Source of the DNA: Eledone cirrhosa
Taxonomy: Eukaryota
Direction: 5' to 3'
DNA: 64,000 nt
NCBI GenBank assembly: GCA_964016885.1
Contig: OZ024743.1
Coordinates: forward strand, 8,308,001-8,372,000
Below the pieces are notes generated by a model that had not been told where the DNA came from, did not search any database, and saw only the letters and a list, made by a program, of their open reading frames with translations. Made by a program: the position numbers and the translations under genes. Below are positions 13,950-30,688 of this stretch, one piece after another (position 1 is the first letter of the stretch; each line of letters opens with the position of its first letter).

Positions 13950-15817
13950 CAACAGGACCACCAACAAGACCCGTATGCGGAGCTAATATAGCTAGCAACT
14001 ACAGGATCTCCTACTTCCTCTCAATGGTTATACGCCCCATAATCAAGATGTCCCCAGATGTATGTGACAGTACAGAGGACCTCCTCAGCAGAATCAGTGA
14101 GTGCAAAAACAGGAACCTATCCAACTGCATAATAGGCAGCATGGATGTGGTGTCACTGTACCCATCCATTAACATTGATTTTGCTGTGAAAAGATGTGTG
14201 GAGATGATCATTGAGAGTGAGGTGGAGTTCTGCGACGTCGACACAGACGAACTGGGCCTCCTACTTAGACTTACCTACGACACTGACTACCTAGACAGCC
14301 ATGACCTTAGACGTTTCTGCCCCAGTAGACCCATAAGAGGTAGACCCCCCCCCCCACCATAACCTCAATGGCAAAAAAGACTCCCATGGGAAGGTGGATT
14401 GGGTGGACCAAAGCTATACGGAGCCCCAAAACAATGATCAGGTAAGAAAAATGGTCGCACATGCAATAGGGGCTAGTATCAAAACTACCCTAAAGGGCCA
14501 CATATTTAAGTTCAACGAGAAGATCTACACCCAAAAGGAGGGAGCAGCCATCGGTGTCAGCATAGCTGGTGATGTTGCCAACCTTTTCATGGTATGGTGG
14601 GAAAGGAGACTTAAAGATCTCCTTAATGAGAGCTCCATAGACCTCATCATGTACTCTCGTTATGTAGACGATATCAATATAGTTATAAGAACACCCCCAC
14701 TAGAGAGCACTAACAAGTTTGATTTAGAACGTAGCACGATGGAAAGCATCCAGCAGATAGCTAATTCCATATACCAGAGTATAACTGTAACTATCGACTT
14801 CCCTTCCAAACACCCTAACAATAGACTACCTGTATTAGACACAGAACTCTGGATTAACACTATAGACGAGAGAGCCCAAATTCTCCACTCACACTATGCT
14901 AAACCCATGGCCTCCAAATACCTGATACTCAAAAACTCAGCAATGTCCAGTAGTGCTAAGTTTAATATTCTGATCGCAGATTTGGTACGAGTGATGAAGA
15001 ATGTGTCCCGCATGTGCGACCCAACAGAAATGGAAAGACACATCCAACACTTCATCAACCGCATGCAGTTCTCTGGCTACAACCAAAGAGACAGAGTCAG
15101 AGTATACGAAGGAGCCATGGAGAAGTATAAGACCCTCATAGAACTAGACATGAAAGGAATTTGCCCATTATACAGGGGCAAATCATGGAATAGCTTAGAT
15201 AGGGTTAGACATAAGATAGGGAAAGCCACCTCATGGTACGACAACCAGAGATACCAGAGTGTCATGTTTGTGGACGCTACCCCTGGAGGGAAATTAGCTA
15301 ACCAGTGTAGAAAGGCCCTGAGAAAGACCCACTTAAAAATAAAGGTGGTAGAAAAGCCAGGAACCACCATAAAATCCCTGATCAGCAAAACCTACCCTTT
15401 TAAGAAAACCCACTGTACCAATAGGAAATGTATCATATGTAAGTGAACCCCCGGATAAACTGTAAAACTAGAAACGTAGTCTATAGCATAAGATGTACAG
15501 AGGGTACTTGCAGAAACATGACAACAACATACATAGGTGAGACAGCTCGTAGCATAGGTGAAAGGATAGACCAACACTGGGGGGAACTAAAAGGACGAAA
15601 AAACGGGTCAGTACTATACGAACATACTTGACAACAACATGACGGTAACATAGACAACATAGAAATTAGAATAATATCTGAACATAGAAATGACCCAGCA
15701 GATAGGCAAATCAGAGAGGCCAGTGAAATAGAAATTAGAAGACCAAGGCTAAACAGAAAGAATGAATGGAATAACAACAACACCCAAACAAACAACACTG
15801 ACCTAAGAGAAGTATAA
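13950..15817 (+). pseudogene. Penelope-like element ORF (RT, Cys-rich linker, C-terminal GIY-YIG endonuclease); 5'-truncated, 2 frameshifts, 1 stop
   Basis: SMDVVSLYPSI, QKEGAAIG, YSRYVDDI, LPVLD; CTNRKCIIC; NVVYSIRC...YIGETARSIGERIDQH; frameshifts at C-run ~14350 and ~15445; TGA at 15629. Confidence 0.92.
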
Positions 15818-16062
15818 ATAAGTAAATAAAATAAAATAAATAAATAAATAAATAAATACATACACAAGCACAATAACAACAAGCACATAAACACACACTA
15901 GTCACCCATCACGCAGCAAACAAAACACTATACACACACGCAAACGCATGCGCAAAGAAGACAAAATAAAATAAACAAACAAGCAAATAAATAAATAAAT
16001 ATATAGACAGACTGAATAAAAATGGCGTAGACATACAATACAACAGGAGGAAAATATAGCAC

Positions 16063-16100
16063 CACTGACGATGTTGCAGATGTGCAACGAAAGATTTATG
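16063..16100 (+). ncRNA. Hammerhead motif in the PLE 3' pLTR (element ends ~16306 in (TA)n)
   Basis: ca-CTGACGA-t-gttgc-agatgt-gcaac-GAAA-gatt-TA-tg. Confidence 0.7.
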
Positions 16101-16302
16101 ATAAACTATATATATGTGTTTGTATCTATATTGTATCTGTATTATTTTTGACCGTCGGTCAGTCAATGGCAACATTGAGGACCGAGTAAATTAGATTACC
16201 GATATAAAAGACACAGAAGCGAGAAGCGAAAACCAACCAAACAGTGAGTGTGTTCTGTTATTAATTCTGGCAATATTACACAATTATGACCCTCCCCAAG
16301 TA

Positions 16303-16358
<56 letters not shown>

Positions 16359-16380
16359 TAGAATTGGTGCTCTGAAATAT

Positions 16381-16440
<60 letters not shown>

Positions 16441-16554
16441 TATACCTATAGGTATATCTATCTATCTATCTATTTCTCTCTCTATATATATATAGGAAAA
16501 AGTATGACCCCGACGGCAGAGCTCAAGCCGTTTCGACGGCTATTTCTGGACACC

Positions 16555-16600
<46 letters not shown>

Positions 16601-16866
16601 ACATAGACTTATGCATACATATGTACGTACGTACATATGTAGATACATGCATAGATTTATACATACATACGCACGTACATGCATGCAGGCATAGCATACA
16701 CACACACATACATACACACACGCACGCACACGCACACACACAAACCTTTGCTCCTCAACTCCTAATGGAATCATAGAGACACCATCGTATCATAAGGCGT
16801 GCCTTGGGCACTTAAGCCTAGCGGAGCTCGTGCCTCTCCAGATTTGACCTATTTCTTCCACAACGA

Positions 16867-16934
<68 letters not shown>

Positions 16935-17417
16935 GAAACTGTCATCAATACTGAATCGGTACATTAATTATCGACCTGAAAAAGGATGAAAACAAAGTCT
17001 ATCTCGGTGGTATTGAACTCAGACATCAGTGACCCGGAGAATACTGCAAGGTATTCTCTCCGCCGCTCTAATGATTCTGCCAATTTCTCACCTTGCATAC
17101 ATACATACACTAACATACATACATAAAGACATACATACACTAACATACATACATACATACATAAATACATACATACACTAACATACATACGGACATACAT
17201 ACACTAACATACATACATACGTACATACATACATACATACATACATACATACATACATACATACATACATACATACATACATACATACGGACATACATAC
17301 ATACGGACATACATACATACATATATACATACATGATGGCTGCCCCCTCGTTATCGAGTATGGCCATTGCACGAGAAGAAAAAAAAAAAAAAAAAATAAT
17401 AATAATAATAATAATAA

Positions 17418-18338
17418 TCTATATATATAAAACTGTGGTTGTCTGTCTGTCTATCGATTTTTGGCACACATCTCCTCTTAGAATCTCTCACGGAATTGCA
17501 CCGAAATTGCTATACTTGTACATTGAGCCATAGCGAAGACATCGGGAAAAAAAATATTTCAAATTCACCCACCCTATGTGACGAAATCGAATATAATGTT
17601 TCGATTTTTGAGCGTAAGTGATCAGTTATTTCCCTTTGTTCTGTTTACATTGAGCGTCTTACGTAAAAAATTACGCTGGCTTTCTCAGCGTTTAAAATCG
17701 AGCCAGCAAAATATTGACCTGCAAAATTCATCAGTTCGAACACTAAGCTTCCGTTTTGCTTCATTTCCATTTAAAAGCATTTTAAAACAATATTTTTACT
17801 TGAAAACAAGTCTATTTAAAGACTACGTAAAACAAGCAAATATTTCGTCGTTAGGCGTGCAGACAGACAGTCGTGCAGACAGACAGTCGTGCAGAGAGGT
17901 GATATACGCGTGCAGACAGACAGTCGTGCAGAGAGGTGATATAGGCGTGCAGACAGACAGTCGTGCAGAGAGGTGATATAGGCGTGCAGACAGACAGTCG
18001 TGCAGAGAGGTGATATAGGCGTGCAGACAGACATAACTGATAATTTGGTTACGCTAATGTTTTTCTCTGCGTTGCAGTGTTTACATTTTCGATCTTTGTT
18101 AATAAATAACCAGTGCAGTTTCTATCCCCAGCATCCTCTTTTGTTATAACATTCGGGTTATCGTTATGTTTTCTTAACTTCATAAGGCATATTGTTTGTT
18201 GAGGGAATATTAATCAAAAACACCACATGCAAGTCTGCACAGTAGACACTACAGTTTTTAAGCCAAGAAAAAAACTTAACATTGTAACTTTAACACAGCT
18301 ACTGAGCGACCCCGAGCAACGCCGGGCTTTACTGCTAG
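17418..18338 (+). mobile_element. Non-autonomous Helitron with internal 37-bp minisatellite (~17854-18032)
   Basis: A|TC...cccgagcaacgccggg-N-CTAG|T termini; same end types as 59785-60275. Confidence 0.8.
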
Positions 18339-18375
18339 TAATAAATAAATAAAGAGAAAAAAAAAAAAAAAAGAA

Positions 18376-18406
<31 letters not shown>

Positions 18407-18418
18407 CATACACATATA

Positions 18419-18462
<44 letters not shown>

Positions 18463-18850
18463 CACACACATATACATTAATAACAATAATAATAATAATA
18501 ATAACAACAATAATAATAACGACAACAACAATAATAATATACATATACATATATATATACACACACACGCACACACATATACATACATACATACATACAT
18601 ACATACATACATACATACATACATACACTAACATACATACATACGGACATACATACATACATACATACATACATACATACACTAACATACATACATACAT
18701 ACATAAATACATACATACACTAACATACATACGGACATAAATACATACATATATGATGGCTGCCCCCTCGTTATCGAGTATGGCCATTGCACGAGAAGAA
18801 AAAAAAAATAATAATAATAATAAATAAATAAAAAGAAAATAAAAATTTAA

Positions 18851-18968
<118 letters not shown>

Positions 18969-19116
18969 TACATTAATAACAATAATAATAATAATAATAA
19001 TAACAACAACAATAACAATAACGACAACAACAATAATGATATACATATACATATATATATACACACACACGCACACACATAAGCATATCTATACACACAC
19101 ACACACACGATAGCAA

Positions 19117-22100
19117 CTAACAGTGCTGCGATCGAATGTGGCTTTTTAGCCCAGCCAATGATCTAAAATGTCTTGCACAGAGTCGGCAACCAAAACATTC
19201 ACTGGGAATAGTCGGCTGTGGTTGGAGTTCGTGTACTTTTGCATGTCGCTTGAGCCCTCCTGCTGATTTACATTCTCTACCACATGTTTGGCAAGCATGA
19301 TGAGTAGCAACTCCAAAAGCAGCCTGGTAGTCAACCACTGGTCTTACTTTATGACTACCAAGATGACTTTCGAGTCCAGCTTTGCTTAGGCAGAGTCTCG
19401 CACATACGCTGCGTGTCAGCACCATAGGAGGACCCTCGCCGTCTGGAAGTGCAACAGCAATGCCCTTCCTCACATCCCGCTTTACTTTCTCGTATGCGGT
19501 TCGAGATGCCTCAAAGCAACTTTTCCCTCATATACAGTCTTTCTCCATTTATTACGATCAGCAGCAATATTCTCCCATGTATCAGCAGAGATGTTAGCGT
19601 CTTTCAGAGAGGCTTTCAAGGAATCCTTATACCTCTTTTTTGGTTTATGTGGCGGTCGTTTTCCTTTAACCAACTCTCCATAAAAGAGTTGTTTTGGTAT
19701 TCTAGAATCTTTCATCCTGGCAAGGTGACCACTCCAACGGAGTCGTTGCTTAAGCACAAGAGCTTCTATACTGTCACACATAGAGCTTTCCAAAATCTCG
19801 ACATCACTGATGTGGTCCCTCCAGTGAGCGCCATGGATCCGTCTGAGACACATCTGATGGAAACGCTCCAATTGCTTAAGGTGGTGTCGATATGTGACCC
19901 AGGTCTCGCAGGCATAAAGAAGACAAGAGAGTACACATGCCCTGTACACCTTTACCTTTGTCTTCCTGCATATGTCTCGCCGACCCCAGGGTCGCCTTTC
20001 TAGCTTTCCGAAAGCATCACTTGCTTTCCTAATCCTAAGTGAGATTTCACTGTCAAGGTTGCCGTATCGATTGACAGTGCTTCCCAGGTAGACAAACTGA
20101 TCAACCACTCCAAGTCGTTTGCCATACACATAGATGTTTGGTTCAGTGTACTGCTTACCAGGGGCAGGTTGGTATATGACAACGGTTTTCTTGAGACTGA
20201 CAGTCAGACCTAGGGCAGTGCAAGCGTCAGAAAATGCATTCAAAATGTGCTGCATATCACTCTCTGTGTGCGCTACAAGATCGCAATCATCTGCATACAA
20301 GAGGTCTCTTATGATTGATGTAAATACCTTTGTCTTCGCAGGAAAGCGCCTGATGTTAAATATGCTACCTGAGGTTCGATATCGGATGTAAACACCATGC
20401 TCGCAATTCCTGAATGCAATACAGAAAACCATTGCAAAGTATATGGCAAACAGGGTCGGTGCTGGAATATCCCCCTGTTTCACCCCATTTTTTACTGAGA
20501 TAGGCTCCGACATGTTACCCCCGACATTAACCCAAGCCTTCATGTCGTCATGGAAAGACCTAACTAAAGCAAGGAACTTATCAGGGCAACCAAGTTTCTG
20601 GAGAACCTTCCATAATGCATCTCTGTTAACAGTATCGAAAGCTTTTGTCAGATCGACAAAAACCTGATACAGATCCAAGCCTTGTTCCATGCACTTCTCC
20701 TGGAGCTATCTAGCTGAGAAGATCATATCAGTAGTGCCGCGTCCAGCACGAAAACCAGATTGACTTTCAGGAAGAACACAATCTGCAATGTGTGTCAGCA
20801 GACGGTCCAGAAGCACCCTACATAAAACTTTCCCTACGACAGAAAGCAATGATATACCTCTGTAGTTCCCACAATCGTTCCTGTTACCCTTTCCCTTGTA
20901 CAAGACCACCATTACTGCATCTCTCCAGTCCTCAGGTACGGATTCATTAGCCCATATCCTGCCAAACAAAGAGTGAAGATGTTGCAGGAGTGTCTCACCA
21001 CCATATTGTAGGAGCTCAGCATGTATGCCATCCATACCTGGAGATCTTCCACTGTTCAGCTTCGAAATAGCCACTGCAACCTCCACAAGCGTCGGAGATT
21101 CTGCGAGAGCTACTTTCACAGGACTTTCTGGAATGAGATTGAGGAAATCTTCACTGACGACAGACGGCTGATTCAAAAGATCATCAAAGTGCTCTCGCCA
21201 CCTTCGTAGAATTCCTTGTGAGTCACGAAGAAGTTCTTTGCCATCCTTGCTGCGAAGCGGTGTCACCAGAGAAGAAGACGGTCCATAAACCTCACGCAAG
21301 AGACTGTACAACAGCTTTGTGATATTGGAATCAGACGCAGTTTGTATCTCACCAGCCTTCTCACTCCACCACTGATCCTTCATCTGAGAAAGACTCCGCC
21401 TAACACGTGATTTGACATCCCTGAGTTCCTCATGCAACGTATTCCTCTCCTGTGGTCTTGCCGTCAAGTAGCGTGACAGAGCACGCCTCTTATCAGCAAA
21501 CAAGTCTTCTATATGTACATCATTCTCATCAAACCAGTCCTGATGTTTCCTCTGCGCCAATCCCAGAACACGCCTGCCTACATCATAAGCCGACTTTTTA
21601 AGGGTCGGCCAATCCTCACCAAGATCTGCAGCTTGCATCTCTTCTTCCAATGTCCTCTTCACATTTTTATCCTTAAGACGAGCAGCATTCAATCTTTTGG
21701 GCAGGGCAACACCAGGAGCCCGGATTTTACGTTTAGTGATTAGCTTCACTTTTGCGCGTACCAGGCGGTGGTCCGTCCAGCACTCAGCTCCACGAAGAAC
21801 ACGAACACACTGCACATCCTGTCTGTCACGCATCCTGACTAGGATGTAGTCCAAAAGATTCCATTCCTTAGATGCAGGATGCATCCATGTGGTCTTGAAT
21901 TTGTTCTTTTGTTGGAACATGGTGTTGGTAACACACAGATCCAGCTCCTCACACATCTGCAGCAGGAGCATACCATTGCTGTTACACTTTCCCATCCCAT
22001 GCCTTCCGATTACATTCCATGTGTTAAAATCCCTACCCACTCTAGCATTAAAGTCACCAAGCACGATGACTTTGTCTGCCTGAGGGATATTTCTTAAAAC

Positions 22101-22661
22101 ACCTTTCAAGGCATGGTAAAAGGACACCTTTTCCTCATCGACAGAACTCATAGTTGGAGCATACACACTCACCAGGGTAGCATATCTTCCCTTGTCCAGC
22201 GGAACTCTCATGGACATAAGACGCTCACTAATCCCTACTGGGAATTCTTCTAATTTGTTCACAAGCACAGTCTTAATAGCAAATCCTACCCCAGCCTCTC
22301 TTCTGGTTCCTTCATCTCTTCCTTTCCAGAAGAATGTATATTCTCCACAAAATTCCGTAAGATGACCATCTCCAGCTAGCCTCGTCTCAGATAAAGCCAC
22401 GATGTCAAGATCGTAACGTCGAAGCTCCTTTGCAACAAGAGCGGTCCTTCGTTCAGGACGCCCCAAGGAATCCCTGTCAAGCAGCGTCCGTACGTTCCAG
22501 CAGCCAACACTAAATGCCCTGTTTGGCTCTATTACAATGGCACGATGACGAGCGGGCCCAGGCTGTGATAACCTGGGGCCCCTGCCCTTATTGCCAATGA
22601 TCTTTTTTGTTCCAGAACCTAAATTGCCAATTATCTCTTTTATATTGTTCTGGAACATCAT
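19117..22661 (-). pseudogene. RTE-clade LINE ORF: APE + RT + three C2H2 zinc fingers; one in-frame stop (20706-20708) and one frameshift (~19500). Element spans ~18755-23028
   Basis: GCWNVRTL, SETR, GDFNARVG, TDHRLV; QSGFR, FVDLTKAFD, GVKQG, LLYADD, YLGS; CARLC..H..H, CQTCGREC..H..H, CRLCARHF..H; 5' UTR ctaggagaagg motif. Confidence 0.95.
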
Positions 22662-23334
22662 TGAATTGGAAAAAAAAAAAAAAAGTAATAATAATAGTAA
22701 TAATAATAATAATAATAATAATAGTACACTATTAATAATTATTAATGCACTCGTGCAATGCCTGTGCGTGACGAATATTTTTAAAGTGAGGAAAGACTGT
22801 GCACTGAGCCAATCCCACTCTCTGAGCGACAGTAGCTATAACCCGAAAAGAAGAAAAGATCAACATCATCGGTAAATACTGAGCCGCAGGTTTTATGTCG
22901 GAGTTAACCCAGTTTCCTGAGATGCCTTCTCCTAGAAGAATGCCCTGACAAGGGCTAGGGGTTCTTCACTCCCAGTGGTTTAACTGCGCGATCGGGTATC
23001 CAGCCCGATTATTTCTATGTCCCCGCACAAAAAAAAAAAAAAAAAAAAATACATTTATACATACATACATACATACACTAACGTACATACATACATACAC
23101 TAACATACAAACATACTCACATACATACATACACTAACATACATACATAAATACATACATACACTAACATACATACGGACATAGATACATACATATATGA
23201 TGGCTGCCCCTCGTTATCGAGTATAGCCATTGCACGAGAAAAAAAAATAAAATAAATAAAAAATAAAATAAAATAAAAAAAGAAATATATATATATATAT
23301 ATATATATAAATATACACACACACATATATATAT

Positions 23335-24525
<1,191 letters not shown>

Positions 24526-24634
24526 TATATATATATATATATATATATAACGAAGGAAATGTGGTAAGGAACCAGGTGGACCATAACGCACCAAAGTACT
24601 CAATACTTAGGGTAGTAGAGTGGGTAATAGTTCC

Positions 24635-24672
<38 letters not shown>

Positions 24673-24680
24673 TTAATAAC

Positions 24681-24715
<35 letters not shown>

Positions 24716-24946
24716 CAATAATAATAACGACAACAACAACAATAATAATATACATATACATATATATACACACACTCACGCACACACAAACATATCTATA
24801 CACACACACGCGATAGCAACTAGCAGCGCTGCGATCGAATGTGGCTTTTTAGCCCAGCCAATGATCATACATACATACATACATACATACATACATACAT
24901 ACATACATACATACATACATACATACATACATACATACATACATAC

Positions 24947-25555
24947 ATGGTGGATGCCAACTCGTTTTCGAGTACGGCCACTACTTTATATCTATGTAGG
25001 AGAACCCCTACCGTTGCGCTGAACGAGTGTGACTTTTTAGTCCAGCCAGCGACTTGAAAACTCTGGTACAAACACTACACTTGTGACAATTATTGACACA
25101 TAGTGCTGGGCCCATGGTACCATGTGACGACAAGTGTAGAGAGATCTCCAGATATAAAGCAATGCCTGTGCCGTGAAGCTTTTATAGTGAGCAAAGGCAC
25201 TGCACAAAGTCAGTCTCACTCTCTTAACCAAGATGATATTTACCAAAAAGAAGAACAAGTCAACATCATTGGATACCATCAGGGTTGCTGGTGTTATATC
25301 AGAGTTTTCCTTCTCCTAGAATTCTGCCTTGACAAAGGCTAAGGGGTCATCTCTCCCGGTGATTTTGGATGGCCATTGACTCTTAAGAGCTCCTTTGCCC
25401 TTTGACAGGTTTTTTTTTAGTCCTGCAGGATGTCCAAAGTCACCCTCCTCACCAAGAAACCTTGGTGGGGTTGCCAGTTTAGTCGCCAACGACCCGACCA
25501 TGAGACAGGTTGTACTGGGATACATGTTACCAGTAGCACCAACTGGTGACCTGAC
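24947..25555 (-). mobile_element. Non-autonomous bipartite RTE derivative (5' UTR joined to ZnF/3' end) with (TATG)n tail; 3' fragment also at 45961-46113
   Basis: 25160-25360 is homologous to RTE 5' UTR 22757-22980; 3' part encodes [17 protein letters not shown]. Confidence 0.75.
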
Positions 25556-27393
25556 ATACATACATACATACATACATACATACATACATACATACATACA
25601 TACATACATACATACCTACACACGCACACACACATACATACACACATACACACATACACACATACATACATACATACACATACACACATACATACATACA
25701 CACACACATACATACACACATACATACACATATACATACATACATACATACATACATACATACATACATACATACATGCACACACATACACACACAAACA
25801 CATACATACACAGATACACACACACATACACACACACATACATACACACATACACACACACATACATACACACACACATACACACACACATACATACACA
25901 CATACAAATACACACACACACACACATACATACATACATACATACATACATACATACATACATACATACATACATACATACATACACACATACATACATA
26001 CACACACACACACATACATATATACATAGACAAGAATAAAGTAACTTAATACTAACAAGTGTGCTATTGGGAGTTGTTGTAGACCTCACCAAGTACACTC
26101 ACTCTTCCCTGATATGCCACATGGCTGTTAGCACACGGGGAACACCCCTTTAAGCAAGCAATGGCATATAATGTGTATATGTGTAAGTATGAATCTATTT
26201 GTTTCTGTGTGCGTGCGTGTGTCTGTGTGTGTGTGTGTGTCTGTCTGTCTCTGTGTGTGTGTGTGAGTGAGTGTTCGTGTGGGGGTGATAGGTGGGTAGT
26301 GAGTGAAAGAGTGGGTGTGCTCAAACAATGCAAGCAATAATAAAAGGACGTTAAGCTTGTGATGATAGACGGCAAAAGCGACAGCAATAACAACAACAAC
26401 AACAACAGCAACAGCAGCAGCAGCAGCAGCAGCAATAGCAGCAATAGCAGCAGTAGCAGCAGCAACAGCGGCAGCGGCGGTAGCAGCTGAAGTAGAAACA
26501 CTAGCTTGACGTGGTAAAGTTTTGCACTGTGGGTTCCCTTTAAGTAGTCAGAGAGTCGATTATAACTATTATAAATTGATATGTTTGAGAGAGCAAAATG
26601 CCATTAAATGTGTTGTTATTTTTCTTGTCTTTTTTTTGTTGTTATTGTATTTGTCTCCCTCTCATTACTGCCATGCTGAAAGAGTTCGACCTTCAGAAGA
26701 GAAAATGTAAACGAAAACTGGAGAGTAAGTTTTTTTAACGTGCTTATTTTTTTAAAACTTTATTCTAAAGACTAACGAGACCTAGAGGCTATGTGTCTCT
26801 AACCTTGAAACTAATACTGAAGAAGCAGGTAAAAAAATAAGACCGGTGGCAGTTATATCATCATCATCATCATCATCATTATTACCATCATCTTCCTCTC
26901 GACGTCATCATCATCATCATCATCGTCAGCATCATCATCATCATCATCGTCGTCGTCGTCATCATCATCATCATCATTATCATCATCATCATCATCATCA
27001 TCGTCGTCGTCGTTGTCATCAACAATTGGTTGAATTAGAAATATATCATTTGTTTCAATAAAGTAAAAGTATAAATATAGTTAGTTGTAAAGTACATGTG
27101 TACTAAAATAGGAGAGATATCATCTTCCAAAATGATAAGGGGTCAAGAACATCATTTCTCTGTGAAGATGAAGAAAATACCATGGACGGTAAATTGCAGT
27201 AAAGTTATTTTTATAGGGTTTTTTGTTTTACTAGAAAGCATTCCTGAAGCTGAGGCATGGGACGGCCTGTTAAGGAAGGACAAGACAGTTAATATTTTGG
27301 CTGGGATGTTAAAAAGTTAGAGGGAGAGAGGGGGGGGGGGGCGAGAGAGAGGGGGGAAAGAGAAAGCGAAAAAGTGAGAGAGAAAGAGAAAGC

Positions 27394-27477
<84 letters not shown>

Positions 27478-27478
27478 G

Positions 27479-27513
<35 letters not shown>

Positions 27514-27514
27514 G

Positions 27515-27553
<39 letters not shown>

Positions 27554-27554
27554 G

Positions 27555-27591
<37 letters not shown>

Positions 27592-27648
27592 AAAAGAGAG
27601 AGAGAAAAAAAGAGAAAGCGAAAAAGAGAGAGAAAGAAAGAGAAAATG

Positions 27649-27709
<61 letters not shown>

Positions 27710-28147
27710 AAAGGAAAAAGACAGACAGAGAGAGAAACAGACAAACAGACAGAGAGAGAAACAGACAGACAGACAGACAGACGGGGGGAAAGAGAGAGAG
27801 AGGAGGGTGAATTAAGGTTGTTTTTTTATGTGAGACATTCTTGTTACTATTTAGTCAGCGTTCACAACACTTTTCAGGGCCTTCAAGACTTATAGAAGAC
27901 GAGGAAGATATCCTCAAACCAGAGATTTGGCTTCAATGCTTACAACAGAGTGGACATCTAAAGTTATCCAAAGATCAGTTGGTGTTGAGGTATTAAGTCT
28001 AGAAATGATTCATTCATTCAAGGAAAACATCGGTGACTCAGATTTGTAAGAAGTGTTAGATCAGATTATACTCCGTCATCAGAGAAAAAAATTGTTTCTG
28101 CTAAGAAATAGAGTTATCTCTAAAATTAATTAAACCCTTTATTTACA

Positions 28148-28253
<106 letters not shown>

Positions 28254-28329
28254 CAATAAGGAAATGAAGAATAGAAGAAAAAAGAAAGAAAGAAAATGAA
28301 AGAATAAATTAAGCAACGAAGAGAAGGCG

Positions 28330-28580
28330 AAGGGGGATGACAGATTCTACATCCTAATCTGAACAGTATCTCTCAGCTGCGTCCTATGGACAAAATGGCG
28401 AAGACATTGCTACGGAGAATGGTCAGTGATACCAGCTGCAACAGCCACTCCGCCTTATGGGTCTCCTTCCTTAGGCAGGCTGTCATTTTTCCGATTTTGC
28501 GAAGGAAAATGGCCCAGGATACCTGAAGTTTTGACAGCAACCGGCGGGAAAAGGAATCGCTCTGTCAAACCCAATATTTT
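28330..28580 (-). pseudogene. 3' fragment of a CRE-like RLE non-LTR retrotransposon
   Basis: Minus-strand translation FLFPPVAVKTSGILG then (frameshift) FLRKIGKM...EWLLQLVSLTILRSNVFAILS. Confidence 0.6.
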
Positions 28581-29965
28581 TTTTATTAAGCAATGATGCT
28601 CCCTCCATCGGTTTCGATGATAAGCAAGCATTCAGTCGTTTTATCAACTAAACATCTGAGTCAAGAATTAATGTGTAAGTGATTGAGTGTTTCACTAGCA
28701 CGTGTACCCTTAAGATAATTCTCAGGCAGAATCATAATAACATGTATTCTGTATATTGGACCCTATGTTCACAATTTCACATATCTGACTTATGTGTTGC
28801 TCCTGGTCAATGTCAATGTTCCTTGACTTGGATCTATTAAATTTCAAATATCTGAAGAAATGACGTTACAAAGATATTCTTTTATGTTTTACTGGTTTTA
28901 TTTATTAAACTGCGGCTATGCTTGGGCACCGCCTTAAGTAGTTTTTAGTCGATCATATTGACCGTAGTACTTTTTTTTATCGATCTCTTTTTGTCGAATT
29001 GCTATGTTACAGAACATAGACATACAGTAAGCGTAATTTCACACAAACATTTACGCTCACATCTGTGTGTGTGATGGGAGGGGAGTTGTATGTGTGTGTG
29101 TGTCTCTGTGTGCGTGTAAAAGTAATAACAAAAATAACAAAACAAACGGCACAGTACATGGAAGAAATATATTAGTTTAACGCTTGAAATAGCACGAAAA
29201 GTTTCTTAATGTTTCGGACACTAATCCTTCATCTGAAGACAGGGTTAAACATAGAAGATAAATACAAAGTAAAGAATGGTGAGAGGAAGGAACGGGGTAA
29301 ATGAGAAAAACAAATGGGACAAAAAAACATACACGTGCGTATTCAATCGGCTATATGCACGGGGACATGGAAATACACGGCTTGGTGGCCGAGTGCGCGG
29401 TCAACCTACCGGGGGTGAGAGACCACTAAGTTATACTAAAAACATTATTCTAGAATAAGGAAAACTCTGGTGTAAAACATGCGACTCGATGGCAGTCAAT
29501 GATGTTGACCTGTTCTTCTTTTAGGATTACTGTCACTGCTGTGCAAGGCCTTCACTTAAAAGAAGTTTCAAGCACAGACATCACTTGAGCTAAACAACTT
29601 TCGCGTGTGCTGCGTAATCATGGCATTTTCTTTTTTCTTTCGCTGCAGCATATGCAGAAAATAATCTAAGACATTTATAGAGCTAAGTTACTATCTTATG
29701 TTCGTGTCACCTGTGTATGAGTAAAAAGTCAAGGGATGGCAATTCTCGAAACTGAGACGCAACCATTATGTATGATTGGCAGTATCGGTAGAGGGTCGGA
29801 CGTCATGCTTTAACGCATAGAGTTACGGCCCTTTCCATTCTGAGTTCAAATCCCACCGAGATCAACTTTGCCTTTCATCCTTACGGAGTCGATAAAATAA
29901 AGTACCAGTAATGTACTGGGTGATTGCTGACCTTATGCCAAAAAGTAGAAACATTATATATATAT

Positions 29966-30424
<459 letters not shown>

Positions 30425-30465
30425 TATCTATATCTACATATGTGTGTGTGTCTGTGTGTGTGTAT

Positions 30466-30688
30466 CAGGGGCGGTGGAAACATTTCTGAATGAGGAGGAG
30501 GGGATTTGGACAATTTAGTTGTAGTGATTAGTTTAGTTCTTTTCACTGGTCAAAAAAATTCGATATTCGATAAACACATGTACATAAATTGTACCGCATA
30601 TCCAAATAGATGTGTGTTTTGGTAGTTTGGGGAGAATATATAATTATTGGAGTGGGGCATGCCTCTTCTTCCAGTTCCACCGCCATTG
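30466..30688. mobile_element. MITE with CAGGGGCGGTGGAA-type TIRs; relatives at ~44030-44187 and 51683-52151
   Basis: caggggcggtggaa ... ttccaccgccattg; shared internal sequence. Confidence 0.65.

Noticed and set aside
15629-15631. In-frame TGA in the PLE endonuclease as possible selenocysteine
   Set aside because: Not evidently at a conserved Cys position, no SECIS seen, and the ORF has two frameshifts; simple decay is more likely
17854-18032. 37-bp repeats resembling a CRISPR array
   Set aside because: Contiguous tandem units without unique spacers, inside a eukaryotic Helitron
19449-20003. 184-aa + strand ORF and similar ORFs opposite the LINEs
   Set aside because: Antisense shadows of RT coding sequence
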